Source: an uncultured delta proteobacterium
GTDB lineage: Bacteria; Myxococcota; Myxococcia; SLRQ01
Assembly: GCA_963727485.1 (NCBI GenBank)
Contig: CAVSGM010000002.1
Coordinates: forward strand, 544,001-608,000
Reading direction: 5' to 3'
Length of the DNA stretch: 64,000 nt
Positions 9,562 through 20,012 of this stretch are shown here, piece after piece. The notes under the pieces were generated by a model. It saw only the letters and a program-made list of their open reading frames with translations. It was not told where the DNA came from and ran no database searches. The first letter of the stretch is position 1. Every line of letters starts with the position of its first letter. A program made the position numbers and the translations under genes.

Positions 9562-11573
9562 GGGTGCTCCGCGGCGAGCTGGGCCTTGGGAGCCAGGCCC
9601 GCGGGATGCTTGGGGTGGGACGGATGCGCCGGCGGCGACACCTGGGGGGCGTCCTGGGGCGGCGGCGGCGGGGTCGGGGCCCGGGCGGCCTGGTCCTCGG
9701 CCTTGAGCTTGAAGTAGCCCTCGATGACCTTCATCACCGTGGGCTCCGACGCCGAGGCCCCCTCGCCGCCGTGCTCGTTGACCACCGCCACGGCGATCTC
9801 CGGGTTCTCGGCGGGGGCGAAACCGACGAACCAGCCGTGGTCGCGCTGGAGGTAGGCCATGTCCTCGTTGTGGACCCGGTTCTTGCCCATGCGGATCACC
9901 TGGGCGGTCCCGGTCTTCCCGGCGACCATCACGTCCAGGTGCTTGGGCCGGCGCCACCAGGCGGTGCCCCCGCGCTCGTTGACCACCATCTCCAGGCCCT
10001 TGCGGACGGTGGCGAGGTACTCGGGCTTGATGTCGATCTTCCGGTGCACCACCGGGAGGAACTCCTTGAGGACGTGGCCCTGGGCGTCCTCGATGCGGCG
10101 CACCAGCTGGGGCCGGTAGAGGGTGCCGCCGTTGCCGATGGCCGAGTACGCCATCACCAGCTGCATCGGGGTGACGTTGATGTCCCCCTGGCCGATGGCG
10201 TCGTTGAGGGCGAAGCCGCGCTGGTAGCCGTAGGGCGCGTGCTTGTCGTACCACTTCTCGTCGGGGATGAGCCCGGGCACCTCGTGGGGGAGCCCGATGC
10301 CCGTGGGCGAACCCAGGCCGAACATCCGCGCCATCTGGGCGATGGGATCGATGCCCAGCTTGTCCCCGAGCCAGTAGAAGTAGGTGTCGCAGGAGTGCTG
10401 GATGGCGTGGGTCATGTCCATGAACCCGTGGCCCGCCGCCCGCCAGCACCGCCACCGTCGTCGCCCCAGGGTGTAGCCGCCGTGGCAGATCGTGCCGTCG
10501 GTGGCGGTGACCGTCCCGGTGTGGAGCCCCGCCAGGGCCACGAAGGGCTTGAAGGTGGACCCGGGGGGGTACTGCTGCTGGATGGCCCGGAAGAGCATGG
10601 GCTGCTCCGGGTCGTCGGCGAGCGTCTTCATCTGCCGGGCGGTGATCCCCGAGGACATGAGGTTGGGGTCGTAGGAGGGCCGGGAGACCATCGCCAGGAT
10701 GTAGCCGGTCTGGGGGTCCACCGCGACCACCGCCCCGGAGCGCCCGGGGAAGGCCTTCTCGGCGATCTCCTGGAGGCGCACGTCCACCGAGAGGACCAGG
10801 TTGTGGCCGGGGATCGCCGGGTGGAGGCGCTCGTCCTTGGGGATGAGCGGCGGCGCGTCGGCGCCGTGGTGCTCGATGCGCCGGCCCTTGGCGTCGACCA
10901 CCACCTGCTCCCAGCCGTCCACCCCCCGCAGCTGGCTCTCGAAGCGCTTCTCCAGGCCCTCGCGGCCCACGGCGTCGCCAAGATGGTAGGGCAGGCCCTG
11001 CTTCTCCGCGGCCTCGAGCTCGGCCCGGCTGATCTCGTTCATGTAGCCCAGGGCGTGGGCCAGCGTCTTGCCGTAGCGGTAGTTGCGCTGGGGGTTGACG
11101 CGGACGTCCACGCCGTCGAGCTCGAGGCGGTGGGCGTCGACCCAGTCGAGGGCGTCCCGGGGGATGTCCTTGGCCACCGTCACCGCCCGGAAGCGCTCGA
11201 GGCCGTGGGCGTCGGCGATCTTGTGCTCCACCCGGTCGAGGCGCTCGGGGTCGAGGCCGAGCACCGGCACCAGCCGCGCCAGGGTCCCGGGCACGTCGCC
11301 GCAGAACGCCGGGGTGAGCTCCACGTCGTAGCTCGGCCGCTCGTCCACCAGGATGGTGCCCCGGCGGTCGAGGATCATCCCCCGGTCGGCGGGGATCTCC
11401 ACGCGCTTGACGAAGTTGGAGCGGGAGCGCTCGGCGTAGTAGTCGCCGCGGCTGACCTGCAGGTAGTAGAGGCGCCCGGCGAGGATGGCGAAGCAGCCGA
11501 GCGCCACCCCCAGGACCCAGGCGTAGCGGCTCCGGTAGTCGCGCCCCTCGCCCTGGGCCGGCAGCAGGCTCAT
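9558..11573 (-). CDS. mrdA: Penicillin-binding protein 2
   Basis: RGMILDR, SxxK (PGSTFK), SCD and KTG (GKTGTAQ) motifs. Confidence 0.95.
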   Translation of the reverse strand: MSLLPAQGEGRDYRSRYAWVLGVALGCFAILAGRLYYLQVSRGDYYAERSRSNFVKRVEIPADRGMILDRRGTILVDERPSYDVELTPAFCGDVPGTLARLVPVLGLDPERLDRVEHKIADAHGLERFRAVTVAKDIPRDALDWVDAHRLELDGVDVRVNPQRNYRYGKTLAHALGYMNEISRAELEAAEKQGLPYHLGDAVGREGLEKRFESQLRGVDGWEQVVVDAKGRRIEHHGADAPPLIPKDERLHPAIPGHNLVLSVDVRLQEIAEKAFPGRSGAVVAVDPQTGYILAMVSRPSYDPNLMSSGITARQMKTLADDPEQPMLFRAIQQQYPPGSTFKPFVALAGLHTGTVTATDGTICHGGYTLGRRRWRCWRAAGHGFMDMTHAIQHSCDTYFYWLGDKLGIDPIAQMARMFGLGSPTGIGLPHEVPGLIPDEKWYDKHAPYGYQRGFALNDAIGQGDINVTPMQLVMAYSAIGNGGTLYRPQLVRRIEDAQGHVLKEFLPVVHRKIDIKPEYLATVRKGLEMVVNERGGTAWWRRPKHLDVMVAGKTGTAQVIRMGKNRVHNEDMAYLQRDHGWFVGFAPAENPEIAVAVVNEHGGEGASASEPTVMKVIEGYFKLKAEDQAARAPTPPPPPQDAPQVSPPAHPSHPKHPAGLAPKAQLAAEHP

Positions 11574-12088
11574 CGGAGCCAGGCCTCGCCGCTGTCGTCG
11601 GCGACGAGGCGGCGGTCCACCGCGCCGGCGAGGTGGTAGACCAGGGGCACGCACACCGCCGAGGCGAGCACGTCCCAGGCGATGGTCCCGGCGACCCGCG
11701 AGAAGCCCACGTCGCCCAACCGCCCGGTCATGGCCAGGAGCACCACCGCCCCCACCGAGAACGCCGCCTGGGCCGCGGCCCCGACGAAGACCAGGAGCGG
11801 CGTGGGGACGTCGAGGGCCTGGGAGAAGAGGCGGACGCCCACGAAGGTGGCCTCGGCGAGGAAGATCGAGAGGCCCGGGGGCGTGCCCCCGAACACGTCC
11901 ATGGCGTAGCCCACCAGGGCCGAGCCCACCGCCCCGTCGATGCCCCCGGCCTTCACCGCCAGGTAGACGACCAGCCCGAGGCCCAGGTGGAGGGCGAAGC
12001 GGTGGATCCCGAAGGCGGCGAGGAGGCTCGTCTCCAGGGCGGCCAGGGCGAGGCCGAGGAAGGCGAAGACCAGCACCCGGCGGGTCAC
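11570..12088 (-). CDS. mreD: Rod shape-determining protein MreD
   Basis: Hydrophobic ~172-aa ORF translationally coupled between mreC and mrdA. Confidence 0.8.
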   Translation of the reverse strand: MTRRVLVFAFLGLALAALETSLLAAFGIHRFALHLGLGLVVYLAVKAGGIDGAVGSALVGYAMDVFGGTPPGLSIFLAEATFVGVRLFSQALDVPTPLLVFVGAAAQAAFSVGAVVLLAMTGRLGDVGFSRVAGTIAWDVLASAVCVPLVYHLAGAVDRRLVADDSGEAWLR

Positions 12089-12999
12089 GGCAGGGTCCCC
12101 GGGTGCGTCTGGGCGACCTTGGCCGCGGTCCCGGCGGGGATCGGCGCCCCGGCGGCGGCCGGGGCCGCGGCGCGCCGCCTGGGGCCGGTGAGCACCAGGA
12201 CCTCCTCGACCTTGGAGAGGTCCACCGCCGGGACCACCGAGGCCGCCTGGAACATCCCGTACTGCTTGCGGGTGACCTTGGTCACCCGGCCCACCGGGAG
12301 CCCCTTGGGGAAGATGCCGCCGGTGCCCGCGGTGACCAGCAGGTCGCCCTCGGCGATGTCGTCGGTGCGCAGGGCGTTGGAGAGCCGGGCCTGCCCCAGG
12401 TCGCCGGTGCCCCGGACGGTGGCCCGGGCCCGGGAGCGGCTCACCTGCACGGCGATGGCGCTGTTGGGGTCGGCGAGGAGCATCACGTCGGCCCACCCGG
12501 GCCCGGCGGAGACCACGCTGCCCACCACCCCCGCCGGGGTCACCACCGCCCGGCCGGGGACGATGCCGGCGTTGGTGCCCTGGCCCAGGCGCACGGTGCG
12601 GACCAGGGCCGGGTCGCCGCCGACGGCGATGATGGGGGCGGCGACGGACCGGGTGCCCACGGTGCGCCGGAAGTCGAGGAGGCCCCGGAGCCGGCGGTTC
12701 TCCTGGCGCAGCTCCGCCTGGGCCGTGGCCTCGCCCTCGAGGCGGAGGACCTGCCGGCGCAGGCGCTGGTTGTGGTCGCGGACGTGGACGAGATCGACGT
12801 AGCCGAACCAGAGGTCCTGGGCCCCGTCGACGGTCCAGACCACCGCCCGCTGCGCCGGGGAGAAGACCGTCACCAGCCCCCGCTCGAAGACGTTGCGCTC
12901 CCCCGCGGCCCGGCTCTCGGACAGGAACAGGAGCAGGGGCAGCACCAGGAGCGCCGCCACCGCGAGGAGCTCACGATACCGCCGGATCAGGTCGAGCAT
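12085..12999 (-). CDS. mreC: Rod shape-determining protein MreC
   Basis: N-terminal TM, ENRRLRGLLDF coiled coil, GDLLVTAGTGGIFPKGLPVG motif. Confidence 0.93.
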   Translation of the reverse strand: MLDLIRRYRELLAVAALLVLPLLLFLSESRAAGERNVFERGLVTVFSPAQRAVVWTVDGAQDLWFGYVDLVHVRDHNQRLRRQVLRLEGEATAQAELRQENRRLRGLLDFRRTVGTRSVAAPIIAVGGDPALVRTVRLGQGTNAGIVPGRAVVTPAGVVGSVVSAGPGWADVMLLADPNSAIAVQVSRSRARATVRGTGDLGQARLSNALRTDDIAEGDLLVTAGTGGIFPKGLPVGRVTKVTRKQYGMFQAASVVPAVDLSKVEEVLVLTGPRRRAAAPAAAGAPIPAGTAAKVAQTHPGTLP

Positions 13000-13140
13000 T
13001 GAGGGGGAAGGCCGCCGCGGAACCGACGGTTGAAGGGGCGCCGGAGACCGTGCTGAAGCGCTTGCATCTTCGGGGGGGGTCGAGTAGGTTGTCAACCCCC
13101 TAAATCCCCATTCTAACGAGATAATTCCGGCAGGACACTC

Positions 13141-14733
13141 ATGCTCGATACCATGCGCCAGCACCGGCGGAACCAGATCATGCGGATCATGGTCTGGGGC
13201 ATCTTCGCCGTCCTCATCTTCATCTTCGCCGTCTCCTTCGGCCCGGGCTCCTTCGCCCACCAGGGCTCCGGCGGGATGGGTACGGCCGCCCACGCGGCGG
13301 TGGTGAACGGCAACATCATCACCACCCGGGAGCTCGAGGAGGCCTACGGCAACTACGAGAACCGGTACAAGCAGTACACCGGGAAGGAGCTCGACCCGCA
13401 GATGGCCAAGGCCATGGGGATCAAGAAGCATATCCTCGACGACCTCATCAACCGCGAGCTGGTGGCCGAGCACGCCCAGCAGGCGGGCATCCGGGTCTCC
13501 GACAAGGAGCTGCGGGAGACCATCGAGGGGATGGCGGGCTTCCAGAGGGACGGGCACTTCGACGGCGCCTACTACAAGCGCTTCGTGTCCAACGTCCTGG
13601 GGACCTCGCCGGCGCGCTTCGAGTCCCAGGTGCGCAAGGACCTCCTCCACCAGCAGGTGATGGCGGCGCTGGCGGCGGACGTCCACGTGACCCCCGCCGA
13701 GGTGAAGCACCACTACGTGGAGAGCCACGACAAGGTGAACGTCGCCTACGTGCGCGTCTCGCCCATCGCCTTCGAGGCGAAGGTCGGGGCCCCCACCCCG
13801 GCCGAGGTCGCCAAGGTCCTCAAGGACCGCATGGACGACGTGAAGGCCTACTTCACCCGCAACAAGTTCAAGTACGACCGGCCCAAGAAGGTCCAGGCCC
13901 GGCACATCCTCATCAAGGTCCCCCACGACGCCACCGACGCCCAGCGCGCCGCGGCGAAGCAGAAGGCCCAGGGCATCCTCGCCCAGCTCCAGAAGGGCGC
14001 CGACTTCGCCAAGCTCGCCGCCGCCGACTCCGACGACACCGCCTCCAAGAAGCACGGTGGCGACCTGGGCTGGTTCGGCCCCGGGACCATGGTCAAGGCG
14101 CTCGACGACGCGGCGATGAGCGCCAAGAAGGGTGAGCTCTACCCCAAGGTCATCAAGACGGACATGGGCTACCACGTCCTCCAGGTCACCGGCGTCGAGC
14201 CGGCGGTCCACGAGACCCTCGACCAGGTGAAGCAGCAGATCGCCGTGACCCTCCTCAAGCGCGAGGCGGCGAAGAAGCTCGCCGGGACCAAGGCCCAGGA
14301 GCTCCTGGCCCAGGCCCGGGCCGGCAAGGCCCTCGACCAGCTCGCCCCCCCCGCCGACGACGGGGCCGGCAAGGATCCCGCCCACGGGGCCGGCGCCCCC
14401 GACCCGGAGATGGTCTCGGGGCAGACCGGTCTGGTGACCCTCCGCGGGGGCTACATCCCCGGCATCGGCCACGACCAGAAGCTCGCCAGCGCCATCGGCC
14501 ACCTCTCCACCAAGAGCCCGGTCCTCGACCACGTGGTGACCGTGGGCTCCGACGAGTACGTCATCAAGCTGGTGGAGCACCAGGCCCCGGACATGGCCGA
14601 CTTCGCCAAGCAGGAGAGCGAGCTGGCCACCCAGCTCAAGCAGCAGCGCGTCCGGGAGGTGCAGCAGGCGTGGGTGAAGAGCCTGCGCCAGGGCGCCGCC
14701 ATCCAGATCAACGACAAGGTGGTCAACAGCTAG
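13141..14733 (+). CDS. SurA/PpiD-like parvulin peptidyl-prolyl isomerase
   Basis: N-terminal membrane anchor, SurA-N-like region, VQARHILIK and DFAKLA...SDD.AS...GGDLGWF. Confidence 0.9.
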   Translation: MLDTMRQHRRNQIMRIMVWGIFAVLIFIFAVSFGPGSFAHQGSGGMGTAAHAAVVNGNIITTRELEEAYGNYENRYKQYTGKELDPQMAKAMGIKKHILDDLINRELVAEHAQQAGIRVSDKELRETIEGMAGFQRDGHFDGAYYKRFVSNVLGTSPARFESQVRKDLLHQQVMAALAADVHVTPAEVKHHYVESHDKVNVAYVRVSPIAFEAKVGAPTPAEVAKVLKDRMDDVKAYFTRNKFKYDRPKKVQARHILIKVPHDATDAQRAAAKQKAQGILAQLQKGADFAKLAAADSDDTASKKHGGDLGWFGPGTMVKALDDAAMSAKKGELYPKVIKTDMGYHVLQVTGVEPAVHETLDQVKQQIAVTLLKREAAKKLAGTKAQELLAQARAGKALDQLAPPADDGAGKDPAHGAGAPDPEMVSGQTGLVTLRGGYIPGIGHDQKLASAIGHLSTKSPVLDHVVTVGSDEYVIKLVEHQAPDMADFAKQESELATQLKQQRVREVQQAWVKSLRQGAAIQINDKVVNS

Positions 14734-14757
14734 CCGCGGCCCCTCGCCCGGGCGTGG

Positions 14758-15405
14758 TCAGGGGGCCGGCCAGGCCGCCCGCGCCCGGGTCACCGCCGCC
14801 GCCACCGCCGACCGGGACTGGCCGGTGCGCTTCGCCGCCGCGGCCTCGGCCCGCGCCAGGTCGGCCCCCGCCCCCAGGGCCCGATCCACGGCGGTGAGGG
14901 CCCGGAGCTCGGTCACCGAGAAGGTCCCGCCGAGGTGCCGGGCCACGGCCTGGTAGCGGCGGGTCTTCCCCTCGCCGTCCCAGCCCCGGCCGTCGTCGGC
15001 GAGGACCAGGAGGCCCACCGGCCCCACCAGGTGGGTGAGATCGCCGGGAAAGGCCCGCACCCGCACCGCGTCGTAGGCCCGGCCGTCGGGGCTCCGCGCC
15101 GCGGCCTGGAGGGTGGCCTTCACCTCGTCGGCGGTGGTCGTCAGGGGCAGGGAGACCGCCAGGTCCAGCCGGGGCCGGGGCCCGCGGGGATCGAGGACCC
15201 GCCGGGAGAGGACGTGGACCGTCACCGGGGCCGGCAGGGGGGTCCCCGGGGGCACGGGGGCGTCGCCGGTGTGGGCGAAGGCCACGAAGTCCTTGGCCGC
15301 CTTCGCCGCCTGGGCCGCGGCGCCGGGTCGGGCGTCGGGGTCGTGGCACCCGGCCGGGGCCAGGAGGGCGAGGAGGGTGAGGACCGTGACGCAGGCCCGG
15401 GACAT
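14758..15405 (-). CDS. Hypothetical lipoprotein
   Basis: Signal peptide ending PAGC; 215-aa ORF. Confidence 0.6.
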   Translation of the reverse strand: MSRACVTVLTLLALLAPAGCHDPDARPGAAAQAAKAAKDFVAFAHTGDAPVPPGTPLPAPVTVHVLSRRVLDPRGPRPRLDLAVSLPLTTTADEVKATLQAAARSPDGRAYDAVRVRAFPGDLTHLVGPVGLLVLADDGRGWDGEGKTRRYQAVARHLGGTFSVTELRALTAVDRALGAGADLARAEAAAAKRTGQSRSAVAAAVTRARAAWPAP

Positions 15406-15465
15406 GGCCGCGAGCCTACCAGCGACCGGGGCCGAGGGGATTGGGGGCCGGCCCGGCGGCGCCGG

Positions 15466-16311
15466 TCAGGGGAGGAGCCGCCCCAGGGGCTCCCCGAGGC
15501 GCAGGGGCCGGCCCGGCTCGTCCAGGACCGCCCCGGCCTCGAAGGCGCCCGGGGGCAGCAGGAGGATCACCGTGGAGCCCATGTGGAAGATCCCCAGCTC
15601 CTCGCCCTTGGCCAGGGGCTTCGGGGGATCGTAGGTCCGGCGCCCGGGGTCGGTGCCGGCGTTGGACACGATGTCGTCGAAGCACATCTCGATGCGCCCG
15701 ACGCAGGTGGCGCCGACCATGGCCACGCACACCGGACCCACCCGGGTGCTAAGGAAGGTGAGGACCCGCTCGTTGACCGCGAAGAGGTCCTCGATCCGGG
15801 CCACGGACGGCGGGTTCACCGGCCACAGGGTCCCGGGGACGTGGAGCGCCTCGGTGACCCGGCCGTCCATCGGGGCGTGGACCCGGTGGTAGTTGAAGGG
15901 CGCCAGGTAGAGGGTGACGAAGGTCCCCCCCTCGTAGTCGGCGGCGTGGGCCTCGCCCCCGAGGAAGTCGGCGAGGCCATAGGGGCGGCCCTTGGCCTGG
16001 AGGAGCTGGCCGGCCTCGATGGGCCCCGAGGCGCCGACGGCGCCGTCGCAGGGGGAGACCAGGACCTCGTCGCCGGGGGCGATCTCCCGGGCGCCGGGCT
16101 TGAGGGTCCGGGTGAAGAAGGCGTCGAAGCGGTCGTACTCCTCGAGGGGCCGGGCGGCGTCTCCGACCTCCACCCCGTAGCGCCGGACGAACCAGCGGAC
16201 CACCGCCCGGTGGGCGACGGCGGGCAGCGGTGCCCGGGCGGCGGCCCCCACGGCCCGGGACAGGGCGTTCTTGGGGACGAGACGGAGGAAGGCGAGGGTC
16301 GCGTTCGACAT
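15466..16311 (-). CDS. psd: Phosphatidylserine decarboxylase proenzyme
   Basis: FFTR, SPCDG, YLAPFNYHRVH, NER, VGATCVG and the FHMGST autocleavage motif. Confidence 0.93.
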   Translation of the reverse strand: MSNATLAFLRLVPKNALSRAVGAAARAPLPAVAHRAVVRWFVRRYGVEVGDAARPLEEYDRFDAFFTRTLKPGAREIAPGDEVLVSPCDGAVGASGPIEAGQLLQAKGRPYGLADFLGGEAHAADYEGGTFVTLYLAPFNYHRVHAPMDGRVTEALHVPGTLWPVNPPSVARIEDLFAVNERVLTFLSTRVGPVCVAMVGATCVGRIEMCFDDIVSNAGTDPGRRTYDPPKPLAKGEELGIFHMGSTVILLLPPGAFEAGAVLDEPGRPLRLGEPLGRLLP

Positions 16312-16454
16312 GGGGTCGGGGCCGGGTGCGCCGGGTGGCGAGGCGCCCCGTCTCCTGGCACGCCCCGGCGCCCTGCGTCAAGCCCGTCCCCTGGGCCCGT
16401 CCCCCCGGCAACCCGTGTCCAGATGCCGGTTGAAGGTGTACGCTGGCGGCCTAC

Positions 16455-16853
16455 ATGGCCGACCCCTCCGTCACCATCCTCGTCATCGACGACGAGGAGA
16501 TCCTCCGCGTCCTCCTGGTCGACGTGCTCAGCCTCGCCGGCTACGAGGTGGAGGTGGCGTCGTCGGGCGAGGAGGCCCTGGAGCGCTTCGAGCCCGGCCG
16601 CTACCCGGTGGTGATCACCGACAACAACATGCCGGGGATCGACGGGCTGACGGTGCTCGAGGAGATCCAGCGCCGGGATCCCCTGGCCCAGGTCATCATG
16701 ATGACCGCCTATGGGAGCATCGACGTCTCGATGCGCGCCCACGAGCTCGGCGCCGCGGGCTACCTCCTCAAGCCCTTCGACGACATCGAGGTGGTCGTGG
16801 CCGAGGTCGCGCGGGTGCTCTCGCGACGCGAGAAGCAGCTCCGGATCCGGTGA
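16455..16853 (+). CDS. Single-domain response regulator receiver
   Basis: ILVIDDE, ITDNNMPGIDG, MTAY and KPF motifs. Confidence 0.93.
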   Translation: MADPSVTILVIDDEEILRVLLVDVLSLAGYEVEVASSGEEALERFEPGRYPVVITDNNMPGIDGLTVLEEIQRRDPLAQVIMMTAYGSIDVSMRAHELGAAGYLLKPFDDIEVVVAEVARVLSRREKQLRIR

Positions 16854-16902
16854 CCCCGCGCTGCCGGAGGCGTCCACCCCGGCTTTGGGATACGCTGATC
16901 CC

Positions 16903-18938
16903 ATGGAGCGCCTGGTCACCGCCCTCGCCATCCTGAGTGCTGCCACGGTCCTCGCCGCCGCCGGCTGGGTCGTGAACGAGGCCCGGCCCGGGGGGGCCGC
17001 CACGGGCCCACCGTCGCCACCGTCGGCCAGGCCGACGACGGAGTGAGCTGGCGACCGGCTGGGACGGGCACCTGGCGGACCGCCTCGCCGGGTCAGCCCC
17101 TGGCCGCCGGAGACGGGGTGCGGACCGCCGCCGGCGGCCGGGCGGTGGTCCACGAGGTGTCGGGCCTGGACCTCGCCCTCGGCCCGGCCACCCGGGTGGT
17201 CGTGGCGGCGCCGGAGACCGACCCCAGCGGGTCTTCGGTGGTGCCGGTGGAGATCGCCGCCGGCGAGGTGCGGGGCGTGCTGGGCACCGGCCCCACCCTG
17301 CCGGCGCTCCGGCTTGGCTTTCCCTCGAAGCACGTCGCCCGTCTCGGCCCCGCCGCCGGGAGCGGCCCCCTCCGCTATCGGGTTCGCGCGAGCCGCGGGG
17401 GCACCGAGGTGGCCATCCTCTCCGGCGCCGCCACCCTGCGCAGCGGCGGGCGGACCCTGTCCCTCGCCGCCGGCCAGGCCGCGGATCTCGGCGGCAACGA
17501 CGGCGCCCCGAAGGCCTTCCGCCTCCCGCCGGCCCCGGCGAGCGACGCGCCGGCCGTCGACGCCCGGCTGGATCTCTCGGACGCGAAGAAGCCGGCGGTG
17601 GACCTGGCATGGGCGGCGGTGCCCGGCGCCACCCGCTACCACCTGGAGCTCGCCCGGACCCCGGCCTTCCAGGCCCTCGTCGCGAACCGTCGGCCCCAGG
17701 CCCCCCACGTCACCTTCCGCCCCCGGGACACGGGGACCTTCGCCTGGCGGGTCGCCGCCCTCGACGCCGCGGGGCACGAGGGTGCCTTCGGCGAGGTCCG
17801 GCGCTTCACCGTCGCCGCCCTCCCGGGCCCCAAGGGCGCGACCCCGGCCCCGGCCACCGCGTCGAAGACCGGGCCGTCGTCGCCGCCGGTCCCCCTCCCC
17901 GCCCTGCCGCTGGCGCCGGCAGGCCGGAGGTCCCGGCTGGAGGCCACGGTCATCGGCGGAGGCCTCACCCGGCAGCCCGGGGGCCAGGGATCCGACCAGC
18001 CCCTCCGCGGCCGGGCGCGGCTGGGCCCCCATGACGTCCTCGCCGCCGGTCACAGCGCGGGCCTTCGAGTGGACCGGGGCCTGGTCCTCGGCCTCGAGGA
18101 GGGCAGTCGCCTCGAGGTGGAGGGGACGGGGCGCGACAAGCGGGGCCGGTTCCTCGCCCTCCACCTCCAGGAGGGGGCGGTCACCGTCGACCTCGGGACC
18201 CGCGGCGCCGTGCGAACCGTGTACCTGGAGAACGCCCACGCCCGGGTGGCCCTCGACGCCGACGCCGGCGGTGGCGCCCGGGTGCGGGCGAGCCAGCACC
18301 AGGGCACCCTGCGGGTCGTCGCCGAGCGCGGCACCGCCGAGGTCCTCGCCGGGGGCAAGGACGTGAAGCTCCCCGAGGGCCACGGCCTCCCGATCCCCGA
18401 CGGCGCCGCTCCCGGCGCCCTCGTCACCCTCCCGGACGCACCGCCCCTGGTCTCCCCTCGGCCCGGGGCCCGGTTCGCCGACGACGGCGCGCCGCCGGCC
18501 ATCGAGCTCTCGTGGCACCAGGTCGAGGGCGCCATCGGCTACCAGGTCCGCATCAGCTACGACCCCCAGGGCACCGCCGTGGCCTACCAGGGGCTCTCCC
18601 AGTCCACGACGCTCGTGGACACCGGCCTCGCCCCGGGCACCTACTTCTGGACGGTGCGGGCCCTCGACCCCCGGGGGTTCAGCAGCGCCGCCGCCCCGGC
18701 GAGGCGCCTGATGGTCACCCGGCCGGTCGCGGCGAGGCCGGCGTCTGGGGCCGCGGCCCCGACGGCCGCCGGCGCGGCGAAGGCCGAACCTGCCTCCCCC
18801 ACCGCAAAGCCCGCCGCGCCCAAGGCGAAGCCGGCCGCGCCCACGGCGAAGCCGACCGCGCCCACGGCGAAGCCCACCGCCGCGAAGACGAAGCCCACCG
18901 GATCACCCGCGAAGGCCCCGGCGCCCGCCGCGCCCTGA
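16903..18938 (+). CDS. Exported protein with two FecR-like plus FN3-like modules (frameshift near the G-run at ~16990)
   Basis: Signal/TM sequence MERLVTALAILS in one frame, then GDGVRT...LGPATR FecR-like domain and YHLELA/FAWRVAA and YFWTVRA FN3-like strands in another; Lys/Pro/Ala tail. Confidence 0.7.
18796..18900 (+). repeat. Imperfect 21-bp coding repeat (PTAKP[AT]A units)
   Basis: Recurring CCCACGGCGAAGCC and related units at the 3' end of the FecR-like gene. Confidence 0.6.
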
Positions 18939-19042
18939 TCCCCCCGGCCCGCCGCCCCGGCGTTGACCGCTCTCGGGCCGTTGGGCTACCAATGGCGCTT
19001 CGTCTACCCGGGCCTAGGCCCCGCCTCGCAGAGGAGCACCCC

Positions 19043-19999
19043 ATGCACCCACTGCTCAAGACCCTGCTCGTCGTCGTCCTCGTCGGCGGCGTCGGCTTCG
19101 GGGCCATCTACTACTACAAGCAGACCACCACCCGGACCCAGTACACCGAGCGGATGGACTCCCTGGAGCAGCAGTGGACCTCCCGGCTGGGCTCGGTGCA
19201 GTCGATCACCGACCCGGCCCGCTACCAGGAGGAGATGGGGCACCTGCTCAAGTGGTACTTCTCCGAGCTCCAGGACATCCACAACCGCTTCCCCACCCTC
19301 TCGGATCCCGACGCCGGGTGGAAGTCGATTGAGAAGCGGGTCGCCGCCGGGCACATCCCCAAGGACCGGGTGGCCGAGTACAAGGAGTTCTACGAGTACG
19401 CCAAGAAGGCGTTCACCACCCTGCAGAACGGCGACTACCAGCCCAACCCCTCGGGGAGCGCCGCGTCCATGCACATGGACATCTACTCGATGAAGCCGGT
19501 GAGCTACCAGGGCGTGCCCCGGATCCGCATCGACTTCGCCCTCTGGGGGGCGCCGCACCGCATCGAGAAGGACGCCAACGCCGCGGGGGTGGTCACCAGG
19601 AAGATCACGGTGCCCATCAGCTTCGCCAAGATGTTCTTCCAGTTCATCGGCGCCGACGGGAAGGTCTACGGCGAGATGACCGGCTCGAGCGGTGAGCCCA
19701 CCATGAAGATCCAGGACCCGGGCCGCTGGGTCCCGGGCTTCCCGCCCGGCGCCGTCCTCGGGACCTGGTGGGTCGATCCCTTCCCCGACCAGGCCGCCAA
19801 GGCGGTGTGGGAGCTCGAGCTCACCGGCCGCACCGACGCCGGCAACCCCATCGACGCCCACTACAAGTGGGAGCTCGACGTCCCCGACGCCTGGAAGAGC
19901 ACCACCTGGCAGAAGGGCGCCGCCGAGCAGGTCCGCGACAAGGCCTACATCGACCACCCCGCCGACGGCACCACCGCGGCGGCCGGCGCCAAGCACTAG
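19043..19999 (+). CDS. Hypothetical membrane-anchored protein
   Basis: GAGGAG RBS, N-terminal TM (MHPLLKTLLVVVLVGG), strong codon bias, 318 aa. Confidence 0.75.
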   Translation: MHPLLKTLLVVVLVGGVGFGAIYYYKQTTTRTQYTERMDSLEQQWTSRLGSVQSITDPARYQEEMGHLLKWYFSELQDIHNRFPTLSDPDAGWKSIEKRVAAGHIPKDRVAEYKEFYEYAKKAFTTLQNGDYQPNPSGSAASMHMDIYSMKPVSYQGVPRIRIDFALWGAPHRIEKDANAAGVVTRKITVPISFAKMFFQFIGADGKVYGEMTGSSGEPTMKIQDPGRWVPGFPPGAVLGTWWVDPFPDQAAKAVWELELTGRTDAGNPIDAHYKWELDVPDAWKSTTWQKGAAEQVRDKAYIDHPADGTTAAAGAKH

Positions 20000-20012
20000 A
20001 GCCCCGACCGGG

